From positions 5,068 through 69,067 of the forward strand of contig CAZWNU010000001.1 of assembly GCA_964635515.1 (NCBI GenBank): a stretch of DNA of 64,000 nt, written 5' to 3'. The stretch is from an uncultured Gammaproteobacteria bacterium. Its GTDB lineage: Bacteria; Patescibacteriota; Patescibacteriia; Patescibacteriales; JAGXOH01. The notes below the pieces were generated by a model. That model ran no database searches. It was not told the origin of the DNA and was given only the letters and a program-made list of their open reading frames with translations. Positions 30,250 to 39,076 of this stretch are shown piece after piece. The position numbers and the translations under genes were made by a program. Numbering within the stretch: position 1 is the stretch's first letter; every line of letters starts with the position of its first letter.

Positions 30250-30711
30250 ATGGCGAAAGAACAAATTATTTCACCCGAGGGTTATAAAAAATTAAAGGAA
30301 GAGTTAGACTATCTGACCAATGTCAAAAGAAAGGAAATAGCTGACAGAATTCAAAGAGCAAAGGAGCTTGGCGATCTTAGTGAAAACGCAGAATATCACG
30401 AGGCCAAAGACTCTCAGGCTTTTAACGAAGGGAGGATAGCGGAAATAAATAATTTGTTAAAAAATGTTAGCGTAATTGAGAACAACAACTCCAAAGGCCA
30501 GGTTGTTATGGGCTCCACGGTCACAATTACCGATGGAAAAAAAGAAAAGACCTATACCATAGTAAGTTTTAATGAAGCGGCTCCTGAAGAAGGAAAAATT
30601 TCCAATGAATCACCGATAGGAATGGCTCTTTTGAACAAGAAAAAAAATGAATCATTTACCATAGATACTCCCAGAGGAAAGAAAGAATTTAAGATCAAAA
30701 AAATAGATTAA
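30250..30711 (+). CDS. greA: Transcription elongation factor GreA
   Basis: GDLSENAEY, ISNESPIG.AL. Confidence 0.96.
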   Translation: MAKEQIISPEGYKKLKEELDYLTNVKRKEIADRIQRAKELGDLSENAEYHEAKDSQAFNEGRIAEINNLLKNVSVIENNNSKGQVVMGSTVTITDGKKEKTYTIVSFNEAAPEEGKISNESPIGMALLNKKKNESFTIDTPRGKKEFKIKKID

Positions 30712-30807
30712 ACTTCATGGGCTCTAGAAAGTTGCTTGCTAGGCGACTGGGGCCAATCTCTAATCTTGAACCTTCTTAGAGTTTTAAGCGGAATAAACTT
30801 TAAACAA

Positions 30808-31149
30808 ATGAAAGAAAAAACCTTTTCTTTTAAAAGAGATAAGTATAAATCTGCTCGAGGTGGTTATTCCAGGTTGGTCAATGTTTACTGCAGGAAATGT
30901 GAGAATATTGTTTTAGTTTATCAAAAAGACGGCCCCGGAAATTTACGTAGATTATATTTAGATAGAGTTTTTTCTCCGAGTGAATTAACCGATTTGCAAA
31001 AATTAGATATTGACAAAATCCCCGCCCTAAAATGTAGAAAGTGCTCTGAAATTCTTGGAGCACCTTATATTTATCCAAAAGAAAAACGGAAAGCGTTTAG
31101 ATTATTCCAAGACTCGATAATCAAACGTTCTAGAAGATTAAAAGGATAA
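30808..31149 (+). CDS. Hypothetical Zn-ribbon protein
   Basis: CRKC...YQKDGPG.L.R.Y.DR...CRKC; ATG 30808 preferred over the TTG at 30736. Confidence 0.75.
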   Translation: MKEKTFSFKRDKYKSARGGYSRLVNVYCRKCENIVLVYQKDGPGNLRRLYLDRVFSPSELTDLQKLDIDKIPALKCRKCSEILGAPYIYPKEKRKAFRLFQDSIIKRSRRLKG

Positions 31150-31255
31150 CAATAATGATCATATTACATCCAATAGCACTGTCTATTAAAATAGATTAAA
31201 AATGCTTCCTTTACTATGAATACTTAGTGGTTTTTTCTTAAATAATAATAAGCTT

Positions 31256-32011
31256 ATGGGATTTGAATCATGGCCATCATTTCAAAAGCCCTCTGAAAAA
31301 CCAAAAGAGAAAAAAAATCAGTCACAAAGGTTTAATCCGGAAACACGAAAAAACCAAGAAGAATCAGAGCTATATAAAAACGCGAGAAGTCAGTTCGGTA
31401 GCTTTTTTGACGAATTTAGTAACTCAAAAGAAAGGATAGATGCAATACTCGAAAGAATCGAGCCGTTTTTTCAGTATATTGACAAAGAAATCTTTCCTGA
31501 GGAAAAGGCAAGAAAAATTAAAACTGACCTGTTGGAATGTAAAAATATATCAGACAAACAACATTTTCTAGATAAAGTTATGGATATTTTGGAACCAGCT
31601 ATTCAAATAAAAGAGGCACATGAAGATAAATTTGAGGAAGCGCAGGCACATGCCATGAATGAGGCGGGGGGATTTATTGAGATAAACAGGCTGCTATCAT
31701 ATGGTAAGCATAAAAACATTATTCATATACATGCGCCTCCGGGCAAGTCTGTCGGGAATAAACTTAAATTGTATCGTGAAGGCATGAGAAAGCTAGCCGA
31801 AATTGTGGATAATGATCCTGAGATCGAAGAAATAACCGCCACCTCACCCATTGTTGCCGCACACCCCGGACTCTTCTCAAGAGCCGGATTTGAGGTGGGG
31901 GAGGTATCTGATGAGTTTCGTCAGGAGCATTTTGCCAGTGAAGAAAGGGAGATAAAGGTTGCCAAAATCGATCGGGAGGAATTTTTAAAAAGATTTTTGA
32001 AAAAGGAATAA
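31256..32011 (+). CDS. Hypothetical protein, possible GNAT-like C-terminus
   Basis: 251-aa ORF; C-terminal pattern IHIH...LAE...I.ATS.......LF.RAGF. Confidence 0.7.
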   Translation: MGFESWPSFQKPSEKPKEKKNQSQRFNPETRKNQEESELYKNARSQFGSFFDEFSNSKERIDAILERIEPFFQYIDKEIFPEEKARKIKTDLLECKNISDKQHFLDKVMDILEPAIQIKEAHEDKFEEAQAHAMNEAGGFIEINRLLSYGKHKNIIHIHAPPGKSVGNKLKLYREGMRKLAEIVDNDPEIEEITATSPIVAAHPGLFSRAGFEVGEVSDEFRQEHFASEEREIKVAKIDREEFLKRFLKKE

Positions 32012-32032
32012 AAAAGTAGGGATATAAAAATT

Positions 32033-32563
32033 ATGAAGTTGAAAACATTGCTTAAGAAAAAATTATTTATACTGTTAATCTTGCCACCAGCTCTCTTTGC
32101 GGTGGGCTGTCAAAAAGACGGGGACCCGGTTATTGATGCCACCGACAATATAATCGATTCTCTTGAAACTAGAGATAAGGAACTTTTTGACAATCATGTG
32201 GACTTAGATTTTTTGGCAAAAAACATATCTACTTGGGCCATTGAAACGGCCCTGGAAAATGATGAAACTCTTCAAGAAAAAGGAAGGGAAGAAATTGAGA
32301 ATTTTTTCAAGGAGGAAGTTATCAGGGAAAATAAAGAAAGGCTTGTGAGAGAAACTGAGGAGTATTTCGATGGCACAAGAAATGATTTAATCGGACCTTT
32401 AAATTTTTTGCACGAAAATGGCAGGACGAATAGATCAAATAGTCATAAAGCAGGCTTGGCTCAGGTTGTTTATACCCCTCCTGAAGGAGTCGATGATAGT
32501 GAAAAGGCCTTTTTCTTTGAGTTAAGAAAAGATAATTGGGTTTTAATCAATGCCTGGGAATAA
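32033..32563 (+). CDS. Putative lipoprotein
   Basis: Signal peptide ending in lipobox AVGC. Confidence 0.75.
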   Translation: MKLKTLLKKKLFILLILPPALFAVGCQKDGDPVIDATDNIIDSLETRDKELFDNHVDLDFLAKNISTWAIETALENDETLQEKGREEIENFFKEEVIRENKERLVRETEEYFDGTRNDLIGPLNFLHENGRTNRSNSHKAGLAQVVYTPPEGVDDSEKAFFFELRKDNWVLINAWE

Positions 32564-32604
32564 AATTGAACTTCTTATATAGTTTTGATTTTTTAACCTT
32601 TTTT

Positions 32605-32632
32605 AAAGAGAGAGATTTTTTCTCTTTTTTTT
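32605..32632 (+). terminator. Probable intrinsic terminator
   Basis: AAAGAGAGAGA...TTCTCTTT followed by a T-run, downstream of the lipoprotein gene. Confidence 0.55.
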
Positions 32633-32687
32633 ATTTTCCAAACAGTAGAGTGGACGGATTGGATTGTTAATTTTAATGAAATCAAGT

Positions 32688-32720
32688 AAAAAAAAGAGGC
32701 TAGGTAAATCCAAGCCCCTT
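32688..32720 (-). terminator. Intrinsic terminator of the sigma factor gene
   Basis: Minus strand AAGGGGCTTGG-ATTTA-CCTAGCCTC followed by T8. Confidence 0.7.
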
Positions 32721-32739
32721 TACAACGTTCAAATCCACA

Positions 32740-33714
32740 TTAGAAGACCCCTTCTTTTTCATCTACCTCTTCTTCTGCTTGACTGAAGAGAAGAGGATCT
32801 TCTTCTTTCCTAAGCCTATAGAGTTTTTTGTAGATGCCCTCCTCCAATTTCCTGATCATTTCTCTGGATAGGCGCAACTTCTCGCCCAATTCTCGAAGCG
32901 TCAACCTCTCATCGCAGCAAATTCGATAATCAAATATGGTTATCTCTCTTTCGGAAAGTGTCTCCCGAAAACGATCTAACATAGCGACGCCTTTCTCTCT
33001 GAGGTCATTATTGAGAACAACCTCCTCTATATCCAGGTCAGAAGCTAAAAATTCAATCCAGGATGAGTCACTATTTCTTGAAATAGGGACATCAAGAGAC
33101 AGTTCGCTTACCAAGATCTCCTCCATTTCGCGAACCTTTTCCACGTCAACTCCTAAGTTTTCAGCTATTATCTCAGCGCTCGGCTCTATCCCGAGCTTTA
33201 TCAATCTGTTTTTTTCAGGTCCTATCTTGTAAAAAAGACTTCTTTTATCTTGGTCTTTTTTAACCTTTACCAATCTCCAATTGTCGGAGATATGCTTGAA
33301 GATGTAAGATTTGATCCAGAAAGAGGCATAATAAGAAAACTTCACCTTTCTTTCAGTGTCATACTTTTTTACTGCTTGAATCAGGCCTTCATTGCCCGAC
33401 TGGATTAGATCCATCAAAGATAAATGACCCTTTCCACGGTAACAATCAATGGCCATCCTCACTACTAGTCGCAGCGTGGATTGGATAATCGATTCTTTTG
33501 CCTTCTCATCTCCTTCTTCTCTGTAATTTCTAAAAGCCTCTAGTATTTCCTCTTGACTCAATATCGGGTGAGATTCAACATCTCTTAGGTATGCCTGGAG
33601 TAGATCGTTTTTGCTTCCCCGACTATTCATTGAAGTTATCCCAGAAAAACTTTTCCTCCTGGTCTTTAGACTCTTGAAAGTGTTTCTAGTTGGCTTTCGC
33701 CGGCAATCACTCAT
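32740..33714 (-). CDS. RpoH/sigma32-like RNA polymerase sigma factor
   Basis: Region 1.2 (LQAYLRDV..HPILS), 2.1-2.4 (LRLVV, DLIQSGNEGLIQAVKKYD, FSYYASFWIK), NWRLVK plus degenerate RpoH box, region 4 (TLRELGEKL.LSRE.IR.LE). Confidence 0.9.
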   Translation of the reverse strand: MSDCRRKPTRNTFKSLKTRRKSFSGITSMNSRGSKNDLLQAYLRDVESHPILSQEEILEAFRNYREEGDEKAKESIIQSTLRLVVRMAIDCYRGKGHLSLMDLIQSGNEGLIQAVKKYDTERKVKFSYYASFWIKSYIFKHISDNWRLVKVKKDQDKRSLFYKIGPEKNRLIKLGIEPSAEIIAENLGVDVEKVREMEEILVSELSLDVPISRNSDSSWIEFLASDLDIEEVVLNNDLREKGVAMLDRFRETLSEREITIFDYRICCDERLTLRELGEKLRLSREMIRKLEEGIYKKLYRLRKEEDPLLFSQAEEEVDEKEGVF

Positions 33715-33717
33715 TAA

Positions 33718-33822
33718 CTCCTCCTCTTTTTTTGGCGAGTTTAAACGTTAAGTAAAATTTTTTAAAAGAACATCATTAATGTATAATTAATATATTATAC
33801 TTTAAAAATCTTAAAATGTCAA
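33718..33822 (-). promoter_or_regulatory. Consensus sigma70 promoter + boxA-like motif + SD
   Basis: Minus strand TTGACA(33822-33817)-17-TATAAT(33799-33794), GTTCTTTTAAAA(33771-33760), AGAGGAGGAG(33727-33718). Confidence 0.75.
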
Positions 33823-33930
33823 ATCTCTGACCAAATCCTAAAATTGCGAACAAAGGTAAGAATCGCTTGACATTTTAAAACAGCCACTGGTTACAACCCA
33901 TATTTTGGATTTTTTCTCTCGAGTATTATT

Positions 33931-33959
33931 TTGACAATCTCCAATAAATACAGTAGAAT
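33931..33959 (+). promoter_or_regulatory. sigma70 promoter of lysS
   Basis: TTGACA-17-TAGAAT. Confidence 0.65.
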
Positions 33960-33989
33960 AAAAACTATCTAATAAATGATTAAGCTTAT

Positions 33990-35483
33990 ATGGGCCAAAA
34001 AGTTAAAGACGATGACCAGGTAAATGAACTAATGGGGGAGAGGGACATTAGGATCAAAAAAATAGAAGAGTTGAAAAAACTGGGAATAACCCCTTATCCG
34101 TCAAAAGCTAACAGAACTCATACTATCAAGCAGGTCAAGAATAATTTTTTTAAACTTGAAAAACAAAAAAGCCTGGCAACTGTCACCGGAAGATTAAGAA
34201 ACAAAAGGAGTCATGGAAATTTGTCCTTTGCCCAAATTCAAGATGAATCGGGTCAGATGCAGCTGGTTTTTTCTAAAAAAGACATGGACGCCGATAACTA
34301 TAAGACCTTGAGCAAACTCATAGACTCAGGTGATTTTATTGAAGTTTCAGGGCACTGTTTTGTAACCCATAAAGGAGAAGAAAGTATCATGGTCAAAGAC
34401 TGGAAGATACTGTCTAAGGCTATTCTACCCCTGCCCGAAAAGTGGCATGGCCTAAAAAACGAAGAAGAAAAATTCCGAAAAAGATATTTGGACATCCTGG
34501 TCAATCCGGAAGTAAGAGAAATGATAGAAAAAAAGGCTGTGTTCTGGCAATCTATAAGGAATTTTCTGATTCAAAAGGGTTTTTTAGAAGTAGAAACACC
34601 GGCCTTGGAAGTGACCCCTGGAGGGGCTGACGCTGATCCTTTTATAACCTACCACAAGGCCCTAGATCTGGAGGTCTATCTTCGTATATCAATGGGAGAA
34701 TTATGGCAAAAAAGGCTGATGGTGGCCGGTTTTGAAAAAACTTTTGAAATAGGAAGGCAGTTCAGAAATGAGGGAATGGATGCCGAACATCTGCAGGACT
34801 ACACCCAAATGGAACTTTATTGGGCCTACGCCGACCATGAAGACGGTATGGCCTTGACGGAAGAAATGTTTAAATATGTGGCCAAAGAAACTTTTGGGAC
34901 CCTAAAATTCAAAATCAAGGAATTTGAAGTAGACCTGGGAAAAAAATGGGAAATCTATGACTACAGAAAAACAGTAAAGAGTTACACCGGAGTAGACATC
35001 CTAAAAACCTCAGAAAAGGAGATAAAGGAAAAGCTGGAAGAGTTGAAAGTATCCTATGATGAGAAAGGTTTTAATCTCGGCAGAGGCATTGATAGTTTAT
35101 GGAAATATTGCAGAAAGAAGATTGCCGGACCCGGTTTTTTGGTCGGAGTTCCCAAATCTGTTTCACCCCTGGCTAAACAGGACCCGGACAATCCAGAACT
35201 AACCTTGAGATTTCAACCTCTGATCGCCGGGTCAGAGCTTGGTAACGGCTACAGCGAACTCAACGACCCAATGGATCAAGCAGAAAGATTTAAAAAACAG
35301 CAAGAGCTCAGAGATAGTGGAGATGAGGAGGCTCAAATGCATGACAAGGAGTTTGTGGAAGCCTTAGAACACGGAATGCCTCCCACTTGCGGTTTTGGAG
35401 TAAGTGAAAGACTTTTTTCCTTTTTAATGGACAAATCGATGAGAGAGTGTCAGATTTTTCCTTTAATGAAACCTAAGCAATAA
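33990..35483 (+). CDS. lysS: Lysine--tRNA ligase (class II)
   Basis: OB anticodon domain, PLPEKWHGL, R.RYLD, FRNEG, EL.NGYSELNDP, GMPPTCG.G. Confidence 0.97.
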   Translation: MGQKVKDDDQVNELMGERDIRIKKIEELKKLGITPYPSKANRTHTIKQVKNNFFKLEKQKSLATVTGRLRNKRSHGNLSFAQIQDESGQMQLVFSKKDMDADNYKTLSKLIDSGDFIEVSGHCFVTHKGEESIMVKDWKILSKAILPLPEKWHGLKNEEEKFRKRYLDILVNPEVREMIEKKAVFWQSIRNFLIQKGFLEVETPALEVTPGGADADPFITYHKALDLEVYLRISMGELWQKRLMVAGFEKTFEIGRQFRNEGMDAEHLQDYTQMELYWAYADHEDGMALTEEMFKYVAKETFGTLKFKIKEFEVDLGKKWEIYDYRKTVKSYTGVDILKTSEKEIKEKLEELKVSYDEKGFNLGRGIDSLWKYCRKKIAGPGFLVGVPKSVSPLAKQDPDNPELTLRFQPLIAGSELGNGYSELNDPMDQAERFKKQQELRDSGDEEAQMHDKEFVEALEHGMPPTCGFGVSERLFSFLMDKSMRECQIFPLMKPKQ

Positions 35484-35494
35484 AATAATAAATT

Positions 35495-36256
35495 ATGTGG
35501 GATATTCATAAAACTTCTTTTATAGGAGGGAGAGTATCCATGGAGGATAGCCTTTGTTTGTTAACCGAATTCAATAACAATCCGGATTGGATTTTTGGTG
35601 GAATTTATGATGGCCATGGGGGAGCGGGGATAGCACACCAGGCTGCTCGAAAAATACCAAATTTATTTTTAGACAAAATTAAGTCCGGATTAAGAAAGGA
35701 AGAGGCCTTTAGCAAATCCTATCAAGAGTTTTCAGATGAGCATGTTTATCAATTAGTAGGCGCTTCTGCTTTATCTTTTTTACTAGAAAACAAGAAAGAA
35801 ATAACTATTGCCAATACCGGGAATAGCAGAATGATAAGGGTTGACCCTGAAGGAAGGGTAAAACAATTAACACAGGATCATAGCCTCAACAACCAAGAAG
35901 AACGAGAGAGGGTTAAGAAGGCAGGAGCTGAAATTAAAAAAAATCATATTTTTAAGCAGGGCCAAACTCTGGAATCCACTCGAAGTCTAAGCTGTCATCA
36001 CTTCAAAGATGTTGGTGTTATTTCAGAGCCAGAAATAACTTTATTAAAAAAAATACCGGAAAAAGGAAGTTTCTTTATAGCCGCCAGTGACGGTCTTTGG
36101 AAGGAACTAAACAACAAACAAGTTTCTATTTTGGTCAAAAAAGCGAAATCAGCCAAGGAGGCGAACAACAGAGTGCTAAATTTCCTAAAAAAGAAAAAGG
36201 AGGGTAAAATATTAGGTGAGTTAGATAACGTTAGCATAATAACATTAAAAAATTAA
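35495..36256 (+). CDS. PP2C/PPM family Ser/Thr phosphatase
   Basis: GGRVSMED, GIYDGHGG, LTQDH...ERERV..AG, AASDGLW, DNVS. Confidence 0.88.
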   Translation: MWDIHKTSFIGGRVSMEDSLCLLTEFNNNPDWIFGGIYDGHGGAGIAHQAARKIPNLFLDKIKSGLRKEEAFSKSYQEFSDEHVYQLVGASALSFLLENKKEITIANTGNSRMIRVDPEGRVKQLTQDHSLNNQEERERVKKAGAEIKKNHIFKQGQTLESTRSLSCHHFKDVGVISEPEITLLKKIPEKGSFFIAASDGLWKELNNKQVSILVKKAKSAKEANNRVLNFLKKKKEGKILGELDNVSIITLKN

Positions 36257-36264
36257 GTGTTTAC

Positions 36265-36660
36265 ATGCATCAAAGTGTAGGAGTGTTAATAAAAAACGAA
36301 AAAAGTGAAATATTAATGCTTTCCAGAAAGAATTACCCCTACGGCTGGGCCTGTCCGGCCGGCCATATAGACCAAGGAGAGGGGCCGGAGGAAGCGGCGC
36401 ATAGAGAAGTAAGAGAAGAAACTGAAATAATTTTGAAAGAAATTCATAAATTATTTCAGGAATTCATACCTTGGAATGAATGTTCTCAAGGAGTAAAAGG
36501 CCACTATTGGCATGTATATCAGGCCAAATCATGGCTTGGTGAGATAAAAGAGAAAGACAAAGAAGCCGATGTTATAAAATGGGTAAAACAAGGAGAGTTA
36601 AAAAAATTAAAGTTAGAACCAGTTTGGCAATACTGGTTTCAAAAATTAAATATTTTATAA
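36265..36660 (+). CDS. Nudix hydrolase
   Basis: GHIDQGEGPEEAAHREVREET Nudix box. Confidence 0.92.
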   Translation: MHQSVGVLIKNEKSEILMLSRKNYPYGWACPAGHIDQGEGPEEAAHREVREETEIILKEIHKLFQEFIPWNECSQGVKGHYWHVYQAKSWLGEIKEKDKEADVIKWVKQGELKKLKLEPVWQYWFQKLNIL

Positions 36661-36667
36661 AATATGA

Positions 36668-36726
36668 ACCCCGCACCTCCTACAAAATTAATACTGACCG
36701 GAAACTCATCCCCCTGGTGTGGGGGT
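36668..36726. repeat. Short GC-rich inverted-repeat element (REP/MITE-like)
   Basis: ACCCCGCACC(36668-36677)-N38-GGTGTGGGGGT(36716-36726) inside an AT-rich intergenic region. Confidence 0.55.
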
Positions 36727-36781
36727 AGGCTTTTATATAATCAAAAAAGAATTAAAAATATTAAACAATAAAAAGAAATAT

Positions 36782-38116
36782 ATGGTTGATATAAAATATA
36801 TTAGAGACAATATAGATAAATTCAAGGAAGAAATCAAAAATAAAAAAATAAAAATAGACCTGGACGAGCTCTTGGATCTTGATCTAAAAAAAAGGAATTT
36901 ACAGACAAAAATAAACGACTTAAGGACCGAAAAAAATAAATTAGCTGAAGCAAAGGAGGGTAAAAGGCCAAGTGAGGAAAAAATTGAAAGAAGTAAAGAA
37001 ATTAAAAACGAATTAGGTTCATTGGAAGAAAATTTGGAAAAAATAGAAAACAAGTTTCAGGATTTAATGGTAAAAATGCCGACCATTTCTTCCAGTGACA
37101 CACCCATAGGAGAAGATGATAGCGATAACCTTCCAATAGAAGAACATGGAGAAAAACCAAAATTTAGCTTTAAACCCAGAGATCATATAGAAATAGGTAA
37201 AAATCTGGATATTATCGATGTTGAAAGAGGGGTTAAGGTAGCCGGATATAGAGGATATTACCTAAAGAATGAAGGTACGATCCTAGCAATGGCCTTAATG
37301 ATGTACTGCTTAGAGAAACTGATCCTAAAGGGGTTTACACCAATACTTCCACCGACCCTGGTTAGAGAGTTTGCCTTATTTGGGAGTGGTTATTTTGCCG
37401 GGAGGAAATTTGATCCAGAAGTAGATGAAATTTATAAAATCGCCAATGAAGAGATCGAGTCCGATGGCAGGAAAAACAAGGAAAATAAATTCCTAATTGG
37501 TACCGCGGAGCCATCTTTACTCTCTTACTACTCAGGAGAAGTTCTGAAAGAAAAAGACCTACCCCTGAAACTGTGTGGGTTTTCTCAATGTTATAGGAGT
37601 GAAATCGGTTCTTATGGAAAGGACACCAAGGGTCTTTACCGAGTTCATGAATTTATGAAAGTAGAACAGGTTTGTATAACTAAAGCCGATATTGAAGAAT
37701 CCGAACAAATGCACAAGCTCCTGGTTGATATAGCTAAAGAAATACATTCCGAACTAAACCTTCCTTTTAGGGTCCTGCAAATCTGCACCGGCGATATGGG
37801 AGCGGGAAAATACAAGATGTTTGACCTGGAAGCCTGGATACCAAGCAGGGAAGGATGGGGTGAAACAGGGTCAGCTTCAAATTTTCTGGATTGGCAGTCC
37901 AGAAGACTAAACGTAAAATACCAAACCGAAACTGGGGAAAAAAAGCATGTTTACATGCTCAACAACACCGCCCTGGCCACAGTCAGGCCACTCATAGCCA
38001 TTTTGGAAAACTTTCAACAAGAGGATGGCAGCGTTGTTATTCCAGAGGTTTTGAGAAAGTATTTTCCTAAAAAACAAGATAAAATCTTGCCTAGAAAAAA
38101 CCCTGATCAAGAATAA
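36782..38116 (+). CDS. serS: Serine--tRNA ligase
   Basis: MVDIKYIR coiled-coil arm, GTAE, CYRSE.G, GLYRVHEF.KVEQ, DLEAW, HMLNNT-like motif. Start re-set to ATG 36782. Confidence 0.96.
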   Translation: MVDIKYIRDNIDKFKEEIKNKKIKIDLDELLDLDLKKRNLQTKINDLRTEKNKLAEAKEGKRPSEEKIERSKEIKNELGSLEENLEKIENKFQDLMVKMPTISSSDTPIGEDDSDNLPIEEHGEKPKFSFKPRDHIEIGKNLDIIDVERGVKVAGYRGYYLKNEGTILAMALMMYCLEKLILKGFTPILPPTLVREFALFGSGYFAGRKFDPEVDEIYKIANEEIESDGRKNKENKFLIGTAEPSLLSYYSGEVLKEKDLPLKLCGFSQCYRSEIGSYGKDTKGLYRVHEFMKVEQVCITKADIEESEQMHKLLVDIAKEIHSELNLPFRVLQICTGDMGAGKYKMFDLEAWIPSREGWGETGSASNFLDWQSRRLNVKYQTETGEKKHVYMLNNTALATVRPLIAILENFQQEDGSVVIPEVLRKYFPKKQDKILPRKNPDQE

Positions 38117-38140
38117 ATTACTATTTTTGACTCTCGACTT

Positions 38141-39076
38141 ATGAAATATCCTAAAATAGCCCTACTCAGTGGGGGATTGTCCAAAGAAAGGGAAGTTTCC
38201 TTAAAAAGTGGCAAGAAAATTTATGAAACCCTGAAAAAAAAATATAGGGTATTTCAGTATGATCCTAAAAAAGATATGGAAAAACTTTGGCGAGATGCTT
38301 TATCCAAAAAAATCGACCTGGTTTTTCCGGCCCTTCATGGTTCTTATGGAGAAGATGGTAAACTCCAAGGGTTTTTAGAAACCCTGGGGGTCCCTTATAT
38401 ATTTTCAGGCGTTTTGGCCAGTTCCCTGGCCATGGATAAACACAGATCAAAAATTCTGATTAGTAACAAGGGGATTCCGGTAGCTAAGGATTTGATATTA
38501 AGAAAAAAGAGCGAAGAAAATATCCCAAACCTAGAATTTCCCTTGGTTATCAAGCCTGTAAACTCTGGATCTTCTGTGGGTATAAGTATAACAAAAAACA
38601 AACAGCAGTTGAAAAAGGGGATTGAAGAGGCTTTTTCTCATGATGAGGAGATTATGATAGAGGAATATATTAAAGGCAGGGAATTAACAGTAACTATTTT
38701 AGGGAATGAGGAGCCTCGGGCCTTGCCGGTGCTTGAAATAAAACCTAAGAATTCGGAATGGTTCGACTATGAGTCTAAATACACACCCGGGGCGACTGAA
38801 GAGATCTGTCCAGCCAAAATACCCCAGAAAATCGAAAAAAAGATTCAAGGTTATGCCAAAGAAATCTTTCTTGCCATAGGTTGTCGTGATTTAGCAAGAG
38901 TTGATTTTATCTGGGACCAAAATTCCGGAAAAATATACTTTTTAGAGATCAATACCATTCCCGGAATGACCGGGACTTCATTGGTCCCACAGACGGCTCG
39001 GGCCGACGGCCTGAACTTTGAGAGATTACTAGACAAGCTAATAGAAATGGGAAATTCAAGAAGAAAACATGTTTGA
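38141..39076 (+). CDS. ddl: D-alanine--D-alanine ligase
   Basis: GGLSKEREVSL.SG, ALHG.YGEDG, KP..SGSSVG, FDYESKY, EINTIPGMT..S. Confidence 0.96.
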   Translation: MKYPKIALLSGGLSKEREVSLKSGKKIYETLKKKYRVFQYDPKKDMEKLWRDALSKKIDLVFPALHGSYGEDGKLQGFLETLGVPYIFSGVLASSLAMDKHRSKILISNKGIPVAKDLILRKKSEENIPNLEFPLVIKPVNSGSSVGISITKNKQQLKKGIEEAFSHDEEIMIEEYIKGRELTVTILGNEEPRALPVLEIKPKNSEWFDYESKYTPGATEEICPAKIPQKIEKKIQGYAKEIFLAIGCRDLARVDFIWDQNSGKIYFLEINTIPGMTGTSLVPQTARADGLNFERLLDKLIEMGNSRRKHV

